Below, in pieces: positions 7,833 to 16,322 of a stretch of DNA of 21,064 nucleotides (position 1 is its first letter; every line of letters starts with the position of its first letter). Location of the stretch: the NCBI GenBank assembly GCA_027064305.1, contig JAMOPY010000005.1:1-21064 (forward strand), written 5' to 3'. The notes under the pieces are model-generated. The model worked only from the letters and a program-made list of their open reading frames with translations, had not been told where the DNA came from and ran no database searches. Both the position numbers and the translations under genes were made by a program. The DNA comes from Methanobacteriota archaeon. Lineage in GTDB: Archaea > JAADCQ01 > Methanopyri > Methanopyrales > Methanopyraceae.

Positions 7833-8516
7833 TTACAGGAGGCGTTTTAGGTGCGTAATAAACTTGTGTAACCGCCTGAAGGTATCACGGCGCGGGTGCA
7901 CAATCACAGCCGATCCCCTACCCTCCACGATCATCTCGGCGGCGCGCTCCGGATCCTCATCGTCGATCGTGTACCGGTCGATCCCCACCCCCTCCACGTA
8001 CTCCACGCCGAGCTCGTCGAGGATGCCCCGGATCCAGTCCGGCGTCCGCACCCCGATCAGCAGCCTCAGGCCCGCGTCCCGCGCCGCCCGCCCGAACCCG
8101 TGCACCACGGACGGGTGCAGCTTCGGCCCCAGGTCGTCCTTCCAGCCCCGCCTCGGCACCTTCCCCCGGAAGAAGGCCGTGTGCAGGGGCCCGCACAGCG
8201 TCAGGTACCGCGCCCCGTCCACGAGCCTCAGGGCCCCGAGGACGGCCTCCCGGATCTTCCCCTCCGGCACGCCCGTGGCCAGCGAGGTCCGATGAACGCC
8301 GATGTAGCCGGGGCTGAGGTGCAGCGCCAGCTCGTACCCCTCCTTCCTCAGCCGGTCCACGTACCGCACGTCCGGGTGGTACTTCTTCAGGCTGCCCGCG
8401 ACGGACCACACGATCCGACCTCCGAGGTTCTCCACGCGCCGCCGCGCCAGCTCCACCTCCGAGTCCGGCACCTCCTTCTTCGACGGGTGGTCGATGAACA
8501 CCAGGAACTCGCTCAG
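7833..8516 (-). CDS. Hypothetical protein, possibly a divergent NodB/polysaccharide deacetylase fold
   Basis: FLVFIDHP, GYELALH and AVIVHP resemble NodB motifs; start is CTG 8516 (RBS GGGGGAG) or GTG 8501. Confidence 0.55.
   Translation of the reverse strand: MSEFLVFIDHPSKKEVPDSEVELARRRVENLGGRIVWSVAGSLKKYHPDVRYVDRLRKEGYELALHLSPGYIGVHRTSLATGVPEGKIREAVLGALRLVDGARYLTLCGPLHTAFFRGKVPRRGWKDDLGPKLHPSVVHGFGRAARDAGLRLLIGVRTPDWIRGILDELGVEYVEGVGIDRYTIDDEDPERAAEMIVEGRGSAVIVHPRRDTFRRLHKFITHLKRLL
7855..7870 (-). promoter_or_regulatory. Putative BRE/TATA promoter of the tfe operon, embedded in the upstream gene's 3' end
   Basis: Minus strand ACACAAG-TTTATTAC about 40 nt upstream of tfe ATG 7816, in a conspicuous AT-rich patch. 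Confidence 0.55.
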
Positions 8517-8528
8517 CGGTACTCCCCC

Positions 8529-10703
8529 TCACTCCAGGTGCTTCAGCGGCTCGCGCCACCACGCCTCGAGCGTCTCCCGGCTCACCTCCAGCCGCGCCGG
8601 TCCCGCCTCGACCCGCAGCACCCCGTCCCCCGTCACCTCACCGACCACCTCGGCCGGGACGCCCGCCTCCCGCGACTCCTCCAGCACCCGGTCCGGCTCG
8701 TCGGTGACCACGAGCGCCCGCCCGTGGCTCTCCGAGAACAGCAGGTAGTCCCAGCGCGGCGCCCGGCCCGGGGCGCGGGAGAGATCCACCTCCGCCCCCA
8801 CCTCGCCCAGCGTCTCCGCGAGGACGACCAGGAGGCCCCCCGTCGAGACATCCCGGATCGCGGACGCGCGGGCCCCCCGCGCGAGGCGGCGCAGCAGCCG
8901 GTGCAGCCGGCGCTCCTCCCGGTACCGCACCCGGGGCACCTTCCCGCCCTTGATCTCGTGGTACTCGATCAGGTACAGGGAGCCGCCGAGCTCCGGCCGC
9001 GTCTCCCCCAGGAGGACGATCGACTCCCCCTCCTCCGGGGTCCTCGGGAAGTCCTCCAGGTGCTCCAGCCCCTCGATCAGGCCCACCGCCCCGACGACCG
9101 GGGTGGGGTTGACGGGGCCGTCCTCCTCGTGCTCGTTGTACAGGCTCACGTTGCCCCCCACGACGGGCACGTCGAACCGGCGCGCCGCCTCCGCGAGCCC
9201 CTCGATCGACCGCCGCAGCTGGTAGTACACCCGCGGGTTCTCCGGGCTGCCGAAGTTGAGGCAGTCGACGAGGCACAGGGGCCGCGCGCCCACGGTGGCG
9301 ATGTTCCGGAGCGCCTCCGCCACGCAGCCCTCCGTGCCCGCCTTCGGGTCGATCAGGACGTGCCGGGGGTTGGAGTCCGTGGTCAGGGCGAGGGCCCGGT
9401 CCTCCAGCCCCTCGTGCTGCAGCCAGAGCACCGCGGCGTCGTGCCCGGGCCCGACCAGCGTGCGCCCCTGCACCCCGTGGTCGTACTGCCGGTAGACCCA
9501 CTCCCGGAGGAGGGGGGACGCGTTCGGGGAGGAGAGGATCGCCCTCGCGGCGTCCTCCGGGTCGGGCTCCGGCACGTCCACGTCCTCGGGGTAGGAGTAC
9601 GGTTCCTCCTCCCACTCGAGCGTGGGCGCCCCGTCCGCGAGGAACTTGGCCGGGACCCGGGCGACGAGCTCCTCCCCGTCGCGGACCGTGAGGTACCCGT
9701 CGTCCGTCACCCGGCCCACCACGGCGGCCTCGAGCCCGTACCGCTCGCACACCTCGAGGACCTCGTCCACGTCCTCCGGCGACGTCACGATGAGCATGCG
9801 CTCCTGGGACTCGGAGAGCATGATCTCCCAGGGCTCCATCCCCTCCTCCCGCAGCGGGACCCGGGAGACGTCCACCTCGACACCGACGCCGCCGTCCGCC
9901 GCCATCTCGGCCGCGGCGCAGGTGAGCCCGGCCGCGCCCAGGTCCTTGCACCCCTTGACCAGGCCCCGCCGCACGAGCTCGCGCAGGGCGAGGATCAGCA
10001 GGCGCTCGGTGAAGGGGTCGCCGATCTGGACCGCGGGACGGTCCTCCTCCTCGGACGACTCGTCCAGCTCCTCCGAGGCGAAGGCCGCGCCTCCGATCCC
10101 GTCCCGGCCCGTGCGCGCCCCGATGAGGACGAGTACGTCCCCCGGCTCCTCCGCCCGACCGCGCACGATCTCGTCCCGACGCACCACGCCCACGCACATC
10201 ACGTTCACGAGCGGGTTGCGCGCGTAGGAGGGGTCGAACTCGAGCTCGCCGCCCACCGTGGGCACGCCGATCCGGTTCCCGTAGTCCGAGATCCCGCGCA
10301 CGACCCCGTCCACGAGGTAGGGCACGCGCTCCGCGTCCAGGGGGCCGAAGCGGAGCGGGTCCAGGAGGGCGATGGGGAAGGCGCCCATGGAGAGGACGTC
10401 CCGGACGATCCCGCCCACGCCGGTGGCCGCGCCGTTGTAGGGGTCCACGTAGGAGGGGTGGTTGTGGCTCTCGATCCCCACCACGAGCGCCCACTCGTCG
10501 TCGATGGCGACGACGGCCGCGTCGTCCCCGGGCCCCACGAGTACGTGATCCGCCTCGGTCGGCAGCTGTCGGAGGAGGCGCCGGGTGCTGCGGTACGCGC
10601 AGTGCTCGGACCAGAGGTTCTCGAACATGGCCAGCTCCGTCTCGTTCGGCTCGCGACCGAGCTCGCGGCGGATGAGCTCCAGATCCTCCTCGGTGAGCGT
10701 CAC
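8529..10703 (-). CDS. purL: Phosphoribosylformylglycinamidine synthase subunit PurL
   Basis: [70 protein letters not shown]. Confidence 0.97.
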   Translation of the reverse strand: MTLTEEDLELIRRELGREPNETELAMFENLWSEHCAYRSTRRLLRQLPTEADHVLVGPGDDAAVVAIDDEWALVVGIESHNHPSYVDPYNGAATGVGGIVRDVLSMGAFPIALLDPLRFGPLDAERVPYLVDGVVRGISDYGNRIGVPTVGGELEFDPSYARNPLVNVMCVGVVRRDEIVRGRAEEPGDVLVLIGARTGRDGIGGAAFASEELDESSEEEDRPAVQIGDPFTERLLILALRELVRRGLVKGCKDLGAAGLTCAAAEMAADGGVGVEVDVSRVPLREEGMEPWEIMLSESQERMLIVTSPEDVDEVLEVCERYGLEAAVVGRVTDDGYLTVRDGEELVARVPAKFLADGAPTLEWEEEPYSYPEDVDVPEPDPEDAARAILSSPNASPLLREWVYRQYDHGVQGRTLVGPGHDAAVLWLQHEGLEDRALALTTDSNPRHVLIDPKAGTEGCVAEALRNIATVGARPLCLVDCLNFGSPENPRVYYQLRRSIEGLAEAARRFDVPVVGGNVSLYNEHEEDGPVNPTPVVGAVGLIEGLEHLEDFPRTPEEGESIVLLGETRPELGGSLYLIEYHEIKGGKVPRVRYREERRLHRLLRRLARGARASAIRDVSTGGLLVVLAETLGEVGAEVDLSRAPGRAPRWDYLLFSESHGRALVVTDEPDRVLEESREAGVPAEVVGEVTGDGVLRVEAGPARLEVSRETLEAWWREPLKHLE

Positions 10704-10711
10704 GGGTGGGA

Positions 10712-10785
10712 CCCCCTCGGGGAGTGCGTAACGTCGTCACTCCCGGCCCCGAAGGTCAGCAGACAGCGGGCTCCTCATCGGGGGG
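10712..10785 (-). ncRNA. Box C/D 2'-O-methylation guide sRNA (dual guide, 23S rRNA)
   Basis: Minus strand: CCCCCCG ATGAGGA(C) GCCCGCTGTCTG CTGA(D') spacer GTGACGA(C') CGTTACGCACTCC CCGA(D) GGGGG; terminal C/G stem; both guides complement archaeal 23S rRNA motifs as recalled. Confidence 0.88.
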
Positions 10786-11665
10786 ATAAGTTGACCGCGT
10801 ACTCCCACAGCGGTCGGACGTCGAGCTCCCCCTCCAGGGTTCGCGTGCACATGGGGCAGGGCGTGATCACGGGCTCCCCGGACCGACGCAGCGCCCGGAC
10901 GGTGTCGGGCGAGGGCTCGCCGACCAGGGCCCCGCCCCCGCAGCAGCGGTGCCGTCGGGGTGGGGTGCGGACGTGGTCGGGCAGGGCGGACAGGACCGCT
11001 TCGTCCAGCCCGTGCCGGACGAGGTGGCACGGGGACTTGTAGGTGGCCCCCCGGGGCACGCCCTCGAACTCGGCGATGGCGGCGTAGTACAGGGGGCGTT
11101 CGCCCAGCACCTCGATGCAGAAGTCGAGGCAGCCGGGGCAGAACACGACCACCGCGTCGTACTCCTCGAAGAGCCGCCGCCACCGCTCCCGCACCCGCTC
11201 CGGCACCTCCTCACCCCGCTTCCGGGCGAAGTTCAGGCAGCAGGGCTCCTCGCGCCCCAGCGTGGCCAGCCCCGCCCGGCGCGCCAGGCGCAGCGCCGAC
11301 TCCAGCCACTCGCGGCGGCTGCGGATCGTGCAGCCGAGGACGGCGACGACGTCCCCGTCCAGGGGCTCCCCCTCGCCCTCCAGCTTCCTCGGGTAGGGGG
11401 TCCCGCTCCGGAGGGCGCGCTCGACGGCGCTCGGGGTCGGTTCCTCCGCCCGGAGCCCGGCGAGGAGCTCGGTGTGCGGGATCCCGTGCGGGCAGACCCG
11501 CTCGCAGAGCCCGCACAGCGTGCAGTCGCTGGCCAGCTCGAGGGCCTCCTCGAGACGTCCGGCGGCGGCGAGCGTGTTGAACCGGCGCCGGGGCACGTTC
11601 ATGGGGCAGCGGGACTCGCAGGCGCCGCACCCGTCGCACCGGGTGAGGGCCCGCCGCGGGTTCAC
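10775..11665 (-). CDS. HdrD/GlpC-like Fe-S oxidoreductase (2x[4Fe-4S] plus two CCG domains)
   Basis: [12 protein letters not shown] and [12 protein letters not shown]; GC...CC...CPGC and PCHL...CCGGG...CPMC; GTG 11665 overlaps the FAU-1 stop (GTGA). Confidence 0.85.
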   Translation of the reverse strand: MNPRRALTRCDGCGACESRCPMNVPRRRFNTLAAAGRLEEALELASDCTLCGLCERVCPHGIPHTELLAGLRAEEPTPSAVERALRSGTPYPRKLEGEGEPLDGDVVAVLGCTIRSRREWLESALRLARRAGLATLGREEPCCLNFARKRGEEVPERVRERWRRLFEEYDAVVVFCPGCLDFCIEVLGERPLYYAAIAEFEGVPRGATYKSPCHLVRHGLDEAVLSALPDHVRTPPRRHRCCGGGALVGEPSPDTVRALRRSGEPVITPCPMCTRTLEGELDVRPLWEYAVNLSPR

Positions 11666-13119
11666 GGCTCGAACCCCTTCCAGACGGGGTGCGGTCGGAC
11701 CTCCTCCAGCCCCCGCTCCTCCACGCGCTTGGCCGTTTCCCGGGCGAGCTCGGCGAGCTCCTCCGGGATCCAACCCTCGTCCACGGCCCGCTCCAGGTCG
11801 TCCTCGTCGATGATCTCGCGCTCGCCTTCCTCGGGCTCGACCACGTCGATCTCGAGGTCCACGTAGCGGGCCCCGTCCCGGGTGATCTCGACCGGCGTGT
11901 TGACGTTGTAGTACCGGCCCTTCAACTCGCCGTCCTTGTTGTAGTACTCGTGCACGGTGACCATGGAGCCGTCGGGGAGCAGGGTGATCGCGTAGTCGCC
12001 CTCCTCGATGGGCTTGTCCAGCCCGTCGTAGTACCCGGGCCCCTTCATGCGGCGCCGGACCTTGAGGAGCCCCTCCGTCGGGTCGTACGACTCGACCCGG
12101 GGCTCGCCGCCGAGCTTCTTCACGCCGCGCCCGGGCTTGACGTGGTAGATGTCGACCCGGTCCCCCTCGGAAGGGCCCTCGGAGCGGGTGAGGCACTCCA
12201 TGAGGCGCTCGGTGACGGCCTCCTCGTCGAGCCGCTCGAGGAAGGGCTCCACGGTGTCCACGGCGACGCTCGCGGCGCGGCTGCGGCACTTGAAGTAGTG
12301 GTGGCCGGTGATCGTGGGGAGGACTCGGGCGCGGACGCGGTCCAGCTGGTGCTTGGTGAGGGCGTGGAGCTCGACCTCGACCTCCCGGTACTCGACGATG
12401 GGGCCGGGCTCGTCCATCCGCTCGGCGCGCTGGAACAGTCGCTTCCGCTCCTCGATCAGCCGCTCGACCTCCTCGGCCAGCTCGTCCCCGGAGCGCCCCT
12501 CCGCGGCGGTGCGCCAGATGAGGCCCCAGCCCTCGGGCACGAGCGCCTCGCCCAGCCGCCGGAGCCGCTCCCGCTCCTTCTCGTCCCGGATCTTCCGGCT
12601 GACCTTGACCCCCTCCACGGGGAGCAGGACGGCGTACTCGCCCGCCACGGAGACCTCGGTGGTCAGCTTGAGCGGTCCCTCGGACACGGGCTGGGCGACC
12701 TGGACGACGACCTCCTCCCCCTCCTCCACCAGCTCCGACTCCTCCTCGCTCAGGAACCCGCGCAGGCCGGAGCCGAGGTCGATGACGGCCACGCCCGCCC
12801 GGTCGTCGATCTCCTCGACCACGCCCTTGAACACGCTGCCCTCGCCGACGCGCTCGGTCGTGACCGTGGCGAGCGTTTCCCGGCGGAGGAGGTCCAGGAA
12901 GTCCTCGACCGGCTCCCGCTCCCCGTGCACCTCGATCCCGTGGCGGTTCCTCGTGTCCCGCACGTCCACGTCCGGGGAGCCGTCCTCGAACTCCGCGTCG
13001 GGGAAGCGCTCGAGGATGTCGTCCGAGGGTTGGGTGATCCGGAGACCGTGATCCAGGCACAGCTTGGTGAGGGCCGTGGAGTATATCCCGCGGATCCGGA
13101 CGCGGTAGTCGTCGCTCAT
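11662..13119 (-). CDS. aubA: RNA-binding protein / ribonuclease FAU-1 (RNase G-like plus DUF402)
   Basis: [14 protein letters not shown]1 domain, [43 protein letters not shown]; ATG 13119 after GGGGTGT (alternative GTG 13128). Confidence 0.92.
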   Translation of the reverse strand: MSDDYRVRIRGIYSTALTKLCLDHGLRITQPSDDILERFPDAEFEDGSPDVDVRDTRNRHGIEVHGEREPVEDFLDLLRRETLATVTTERVGEGSVFKGVVEEIDDRAGVAVIDLGSGLRGFLSEEESELVEEGEEVVVQVAQPVSEGPLKLTTEVSVAGEYAVLLPVEGVKVSRKIRDEKERERLRRLGEALVPEGWGLIWRTAAEGRSGDELAEEVERLIEERKRLFQRAERMDEPGPIVEYREVEVELHALTKHQLDRVRARVLPTITGHHYFKCRSRAASVAVDTVEPFLERLDEEAVTERLMECLTRSEGPSEGDRVDIYHVKPGRGVKKLGGEPRVESYDPTEGLLKVRRRMKGPGYYDGLDKPIEEGDYAITLLPDGSMVTVHEYYNKDGELKGRYYNVNTPVEITRDGARYVDLEIDVVEPEEGEREIIDEDDLERAVDEGWIPEELAELARETAKRVEERGLEEVRPHPVWKGFEP

Positions 13120-13144
13120 CCGGGACACCCCGGGGGGACAGGGG

Positions 13145-13444
13145 TTGGCCGGCGCCGACGTGCTGGAGGAGGTGTTCCGGGTGATCCGGCGGCGGATCGA
13201 GGAGCGGCCGGAGGGCTCCTACGTGGCCGAGCTGACGCGCGACGACGGCAAGCCCGCGTTGAACAAGATCTGCGAGAAGATCATCGAGGAGGCCGGCGAG
13301 CTGATCCTGGCCGCTAAGGACGATGACCGCGAGGGCGTGGTTTATGAATCCACCGACCTGATCTTTCACGTGATGGTGCTGCTGGCCTACCTGGACGTCG
13401 AGCTAGGGGAGGTGTTCGATGAGTTCGCGCGGAGGAGGCGGTGA
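13145..13444 (+). CDS. hisE: Phosphoribosyl-ATP pyrophosphohydrolase
   Basis: [41 protein letters not shown]. Confidence 0.95.
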   Translation: MAGADVLEEVFRVIRRRIEERPEGSYVAELTRDDGKPALNKICEKIIEEAGELILAAKDDDREGVVYESTDLIFHVMVLLAYLDVELGEVFDEFARRRR

Positions 13445-13448
13445 GGAG

Positions 13449-13763
13449 CTGGAGCCGCCGGTGCCCGAGGACGCGAAGTACGCGTACTACGTGGTCCTGT
13501 TCCAGAACCCGGAGGACGGGGAGTGGGACCTGTTCGCGGTCATCCGCGGGTACCCGGGGCTCGAGGAGCCGTACGCCATCGCCGTGCACCTGGCCCGGAC
13601 GGTGGATGAGGCGCTGAAGGAGGTGGGTGAGGACCTGAAGGCGGAGCTGCAGGTGGTGCCCGTGGGCGGCGAGTCCGGGGTGCCCGAGTCGGAGACGGTC
13701 AAGCTGCTGGAGGCCGTGAACGAACTGCTGGAGGCGGCGAGCCGGCGTCGGGACGAGGGATGA
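13449..13763 (+). CDS. Small hypothetical acidic protein
   Basis: Host-like codon usage, fills the gap after hisE; start uncertain (CTG 13449 after GGTGA, or GTG 13461). Confidence 0.65.
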   Translation: MEPPVPEDAKYAYYVVLFQNPEDGEWDLFAVIRGYPGLEEPYAIAVHLARTVDEALKEVGEDLKAELQVVPVGGESGVPESETVKLLEAVNELLEAASRRRDEG

Positions 13764-13819
13764 CGACTTCTGAGGACGGTGACCGGACCCCGGGATGATC
13801 GGTGCGGGCGAGGCCGACC
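13758..13819 (+). ncRNA. Probable box C/D guide sRNA
   Basis: GG ATGACGA(C, 13760-66) 12-nt CTTCTGAGGACG GTGA(D') short CCG/CGG hairpin ATGATCG(C') 12-nt GTGCGGGCGAGG CCGA(D, 13814-17) CC; fills the whole intergenic gap. Confidence 0.7.
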
Positions 13820-15175
13820 ATGGCGGAGCGGGTGATCGTCGTCGGCGCGGGCCCGGCCGGGCTCTTCGCGGCCCGAGAGGTCGCCCGGCGCGCGGAGGGC
13901 GACGTCGAGGTGATCGTCTACGAGCAGGGCCCGGACGTGGACGAGCGGTTGGAGAAGGGCGAGGTGATGCGGGGCGTGGGCGGGGCGGGCGGCCTCTCCG
14001 ACGGCGTGCTCAACCTGCGCCCGGACGTGGGCGGGGACCTGACCGAGATCGTGGGGAACCGGCGCGAGGCCGAGCGGCTGGTCGAGTACGTGGACGAGGT
14101 CTTCCTGCGGCACGGCGCCCCGAGGGAGCTGCGCGAGCCCTCGGGCCCCAAAGCCGAGGAGATCGCCCGGCGGGCGGCCGCCGCGGACGTCGAGTTCGTC
14201 CGCATCCCGCAGCGTCACATCGGGTCCGACCACCTGCCGAAGGTGATCAAGTCCTTCGTCCGGGAGCTCGAGGACCTCGGCGTCCGGATCGTCACCAAGA
14301 CGCGCGTCGAGCGGATCCTGGCCTCGGAGGGGGAGGTTCGGGGCGTCCGCCTCGAGGACGGGCGCGAGGTCGAGGCGGACTACGTGATCGTCGCGCCCGG
14401 CCGGGTCGGCGCCGACTGGATGATCCGCGAGGCCAAGCGGCTGGGCCTCGGCATCCGCTACAACCCGATCGACGTGGGCGTCCGCGTGGAGGTCCCGAAG
14501 GTCGTGATGGACCCGATCGTGGAGGTCTCCCTGGACCCCAAGTTCCGCCTGCGCACGCCCACGTACGACGACCAGGTCCGCACCTTCTGCGTCTGCCACG
14601 GCGGGTACGTGGTCAAGGAGACGTACGAGGGGTTCGTGGGCGTGAACGGGCACTCGTACCGGGACCGCAAGTCCGAGAACACGAACTTCGCCTTCCTCGT
14701 CAGCGTCGACCTGACCGAGCCCGTCGAGAACACGATCAAGTACGGCCGGTCCATCGGCGAGCTCGCCACCACCATCGGCGGCAACCGGCCCATCCTGCAG
14801 CGCCTCGGCGACCTCCGCCGCGGCCGCCGCTCCACCTGGGACCGCATCAACCGCTCCCAGGTCACCCCCACCCTGACGGACGTGACCCCGGGCGACGTGT
14901 CCATGGCCCTCCCACACCGCGTCACGCTCGACATCATCGAAGGGCTCGAGATCCTCGACGAGGTGATCCCGGGCGTCGCCTCCGACTCCACCCTCCTGTA
15001 CGCGCCCGAGATCAAGTTCTACTCCGCCCGAGTACGGACGAACGAGGAGCTCGAGACCGCGGTGGAGGGCCTCTTCGTGGCCGGGGACGGGGCCGGCCTC
15101 TCCCGGGACATCGTCAACGCGGCCGCCACCGGCGTCATCGCCGGGCGCGCCGTCGCCGAGCGCGTGGGGGGATGA
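13820..15175 (+). CDS. FAD-dependent oxidoreductase (COG2509-like)
   Basis: VIVVGAGPAGLFAA, GVGGAGGLSDG, HIGSD, APGRVG, DVGVRVE, VRTFC, VNGHS, NTNFA, LLYAPEIKFYS, AGDGAGLSR. Confidence 0.92.
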   Translation: MAERVIVVGAGPAGLFAAREVARRAEGDVEVIVYEQGPDVDERLEKGEVMRGVGGAGGLSDGVLNLRPDVGGDLTEIVGNRREAERLVEYVDEVFLRHGAPRELREPSGPKAEEIARRAAAADVEFVRIPQRHIGSDHLPKVIKSFVRELEDLGVRIVTKTRVERILASEGEVRGVRLEDGREVEADYVIVAPGRVGADWMIREAKRLGLGIRYNPIDVGVRVEVPKVVMDPIVEVSLDPKFRLRTPTYDDQVRTFCVCHGGYVVKETYEGFVGVNGHSYRDRKSENTNFAFLVSVDLTEPVENTIKYGRSIGELATTIGGNRPILQRLGDLRRGRRSTWDRINRSQVTPTLTDVTPGDVSMALPHRVTLDIIEGLEILDEVIPGVASDSTLLYAPEIKFYSARVRTNEELETAVEGLFVAGDGAGLSRDIVNAAATGVIAGRAVAERVGG

Positions 15176-16155
15176 GCGTGCTCACCGCGGTGACGAAGCT
15201 CCTGCTGCTCGCCCCCCTGGCCCACCCCTCCGGCTGCTGCACGGTCCTGGTCCACGTGAAGGACGACCACTACGTGCTCGCCTACCGCCGGGACGCCAAG
15301 ACGCCCGCGGAGATCGTCATACAGCGGATTCAATGGGCCGGCAGGCCGGCGCTCAAGGAGTTCAAGCGGAACTCCGGCGGGTACTTCTGCCACACCGTCA
15401 TCACGCGCGACGGATGGATCCTCACGATCGGGGGCCGGGACTCCCCGACGATCAACCGGGAGCTCGAGCGGCTCGGGCAGCGGATCGTGGAGCGCGGGAG
15501 GATCGAGCGGGGGGACGTCCGGCGGGCGATGGAACTCCTCCGAGAGAACCGGTGGGGGCACTTCGTGGTCAAGGCCCCGGACGGCACGGTGGGGATCGCC
15601 GTGTACGACTACCGGGTCTCGGCGGGCCGGCTCGAGCGGTTCCGGCTCCGGGAGGGCGAGTACGTGAAGGTGACCAACAACCCATACTACTACGCCGTGG
15701 GCCGGTACCGGGAGTACGACGGGGACCCCGTCACCGCCGCGATCAAGGTCGCGGGCCGGGACACGTACGGGATCCACCGGCGGGACGTGATCACGTACAG
15801 CCTGGAGCCGTCCGGGCGCGGCCTCCGGATCCGGGTGTGGGCCTCCTACGACGGCGGCGCCATGGTGGGCGGGGCCCCGGGCGCCCCGGACCCCGTGAAC
15901 TTCCTCGGCCGGCGCGTGCCCGCCGATCAACTCCCGAAGATCCCGGCCCGCCGGGAGCTGGGGACGGTCACGCTGGAGCGGGAGCGGCCCAAGGCCCGGT
16001 CCTCCTCGGGCGGGTGGAGCGCGCTGGCGACGGCGCTGGCGGTGGGGGTGCCGCTGGCGGTCGGCGGCCTCGCGGCGGGCCGGTGGGTGAGAGGTCGCCG
16101 GTCTGGGGACGAATCGGGCGACCGCGGTGAGGGGAAGGGCGGGAGGAGGGGGTAA
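15172..16155 (+). CDS. Exported, C-terminally membrane-anchored protein with a possible N-terminal Cys nucleophile (Ntn-hydrolase-like)
   Basis: ATGA overlap with the upstream stop; hydrophobic N-terminus, then GCCTVLVH...AYRRD; C-terminal TM helix and basic tail. Confidence 0.7.
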   Translation: MSVLTAVTKLLLLAPLAHPSGCCTVLVHVKDDHYVLAYRRDAKTPAEIVIQRIQWAGRPALKEFKRNSGGYFCHTVITRDGWILTIGGRDSPTINRELERLGQRIVERGRIERGDVRRAMELLRENRWGHFVVKAPDGTVGIAVYDYRVSAGRLERFRLREGEYVKVTNNPYYYAVGRYREYDGDPVTAAIKVAGRDTYGIHRRDVITYSLEPSGRGLRIRVWASYDGGAMVGGAPGAPDPVNFLGRRVPADQLPKIPARRELGTVTLERERPKARSSSGGWSALATALAVGVPLAVGGLAAGRWVRGRRSGDESGDRGEGKGGRRG

Positions 16156-16167
16156 ACTATTTTAACG
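16154..16167 (+). promoter_or_regulatory. BRE/TATA promoter for tRNA-Ala
   Basis: AAACTATTTTAAC about 30 nt upstream of the mature tRNA 5' end, overlapping the upstream TAA stop. Confidence 0.7.
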
Positions 16168-16195
16168 TCCTTTAGGAACGACCGCGACCGGAGGC

Positions 16196-16272
16196 GGGCC
16201 CGCAGCTCAGCCTGGCAGAGCGCGGCCCTTGCGAGGCCGTGGCCCCGGGTTCAAATCCCGGCGGGTCCACCA
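16196..16272 (+). tRNA. tRNA-Ala(UGC), encoded CCA, C at position 8
   Basis: Acceptor GGGCCCG/CGGGTCC with G3:U70, D-stem GCTC/GAGC, anticodon stem CGGCC/GGCCG with loop CT-TGC-GA, T-arm CCGGG-TTCAAAT-CCCGG, ACCA end. Confidence 0.97.
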
Positions 16273-16322
16273 TCCGGGAATCGTTACATGATCCAAAACG
16301 ATAGCGGGGCGGGTTCCCGGGC

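Noticed and set aside
7896-11042. 1048-aa plus-strand ORF
   Set aside because: Antisense shadow of purL and its neighbours; low-complexity R/P/H/V composition typical of high-GC off-frames.
11666-13369. N-terminal ~570 aa of the 864-aa minus ORF
   Set aside because: Alternate frame over FAU-1 and antisense to hisE, rich in R/G/P; only the part from GTG 11665 is protein-like.
13795-15171. N-terminal part of the 786-aa ORF 13795..16155
   Set aside because: Off-frame over the FAD oxidoreductase; the real gene begins at ATG 15172.
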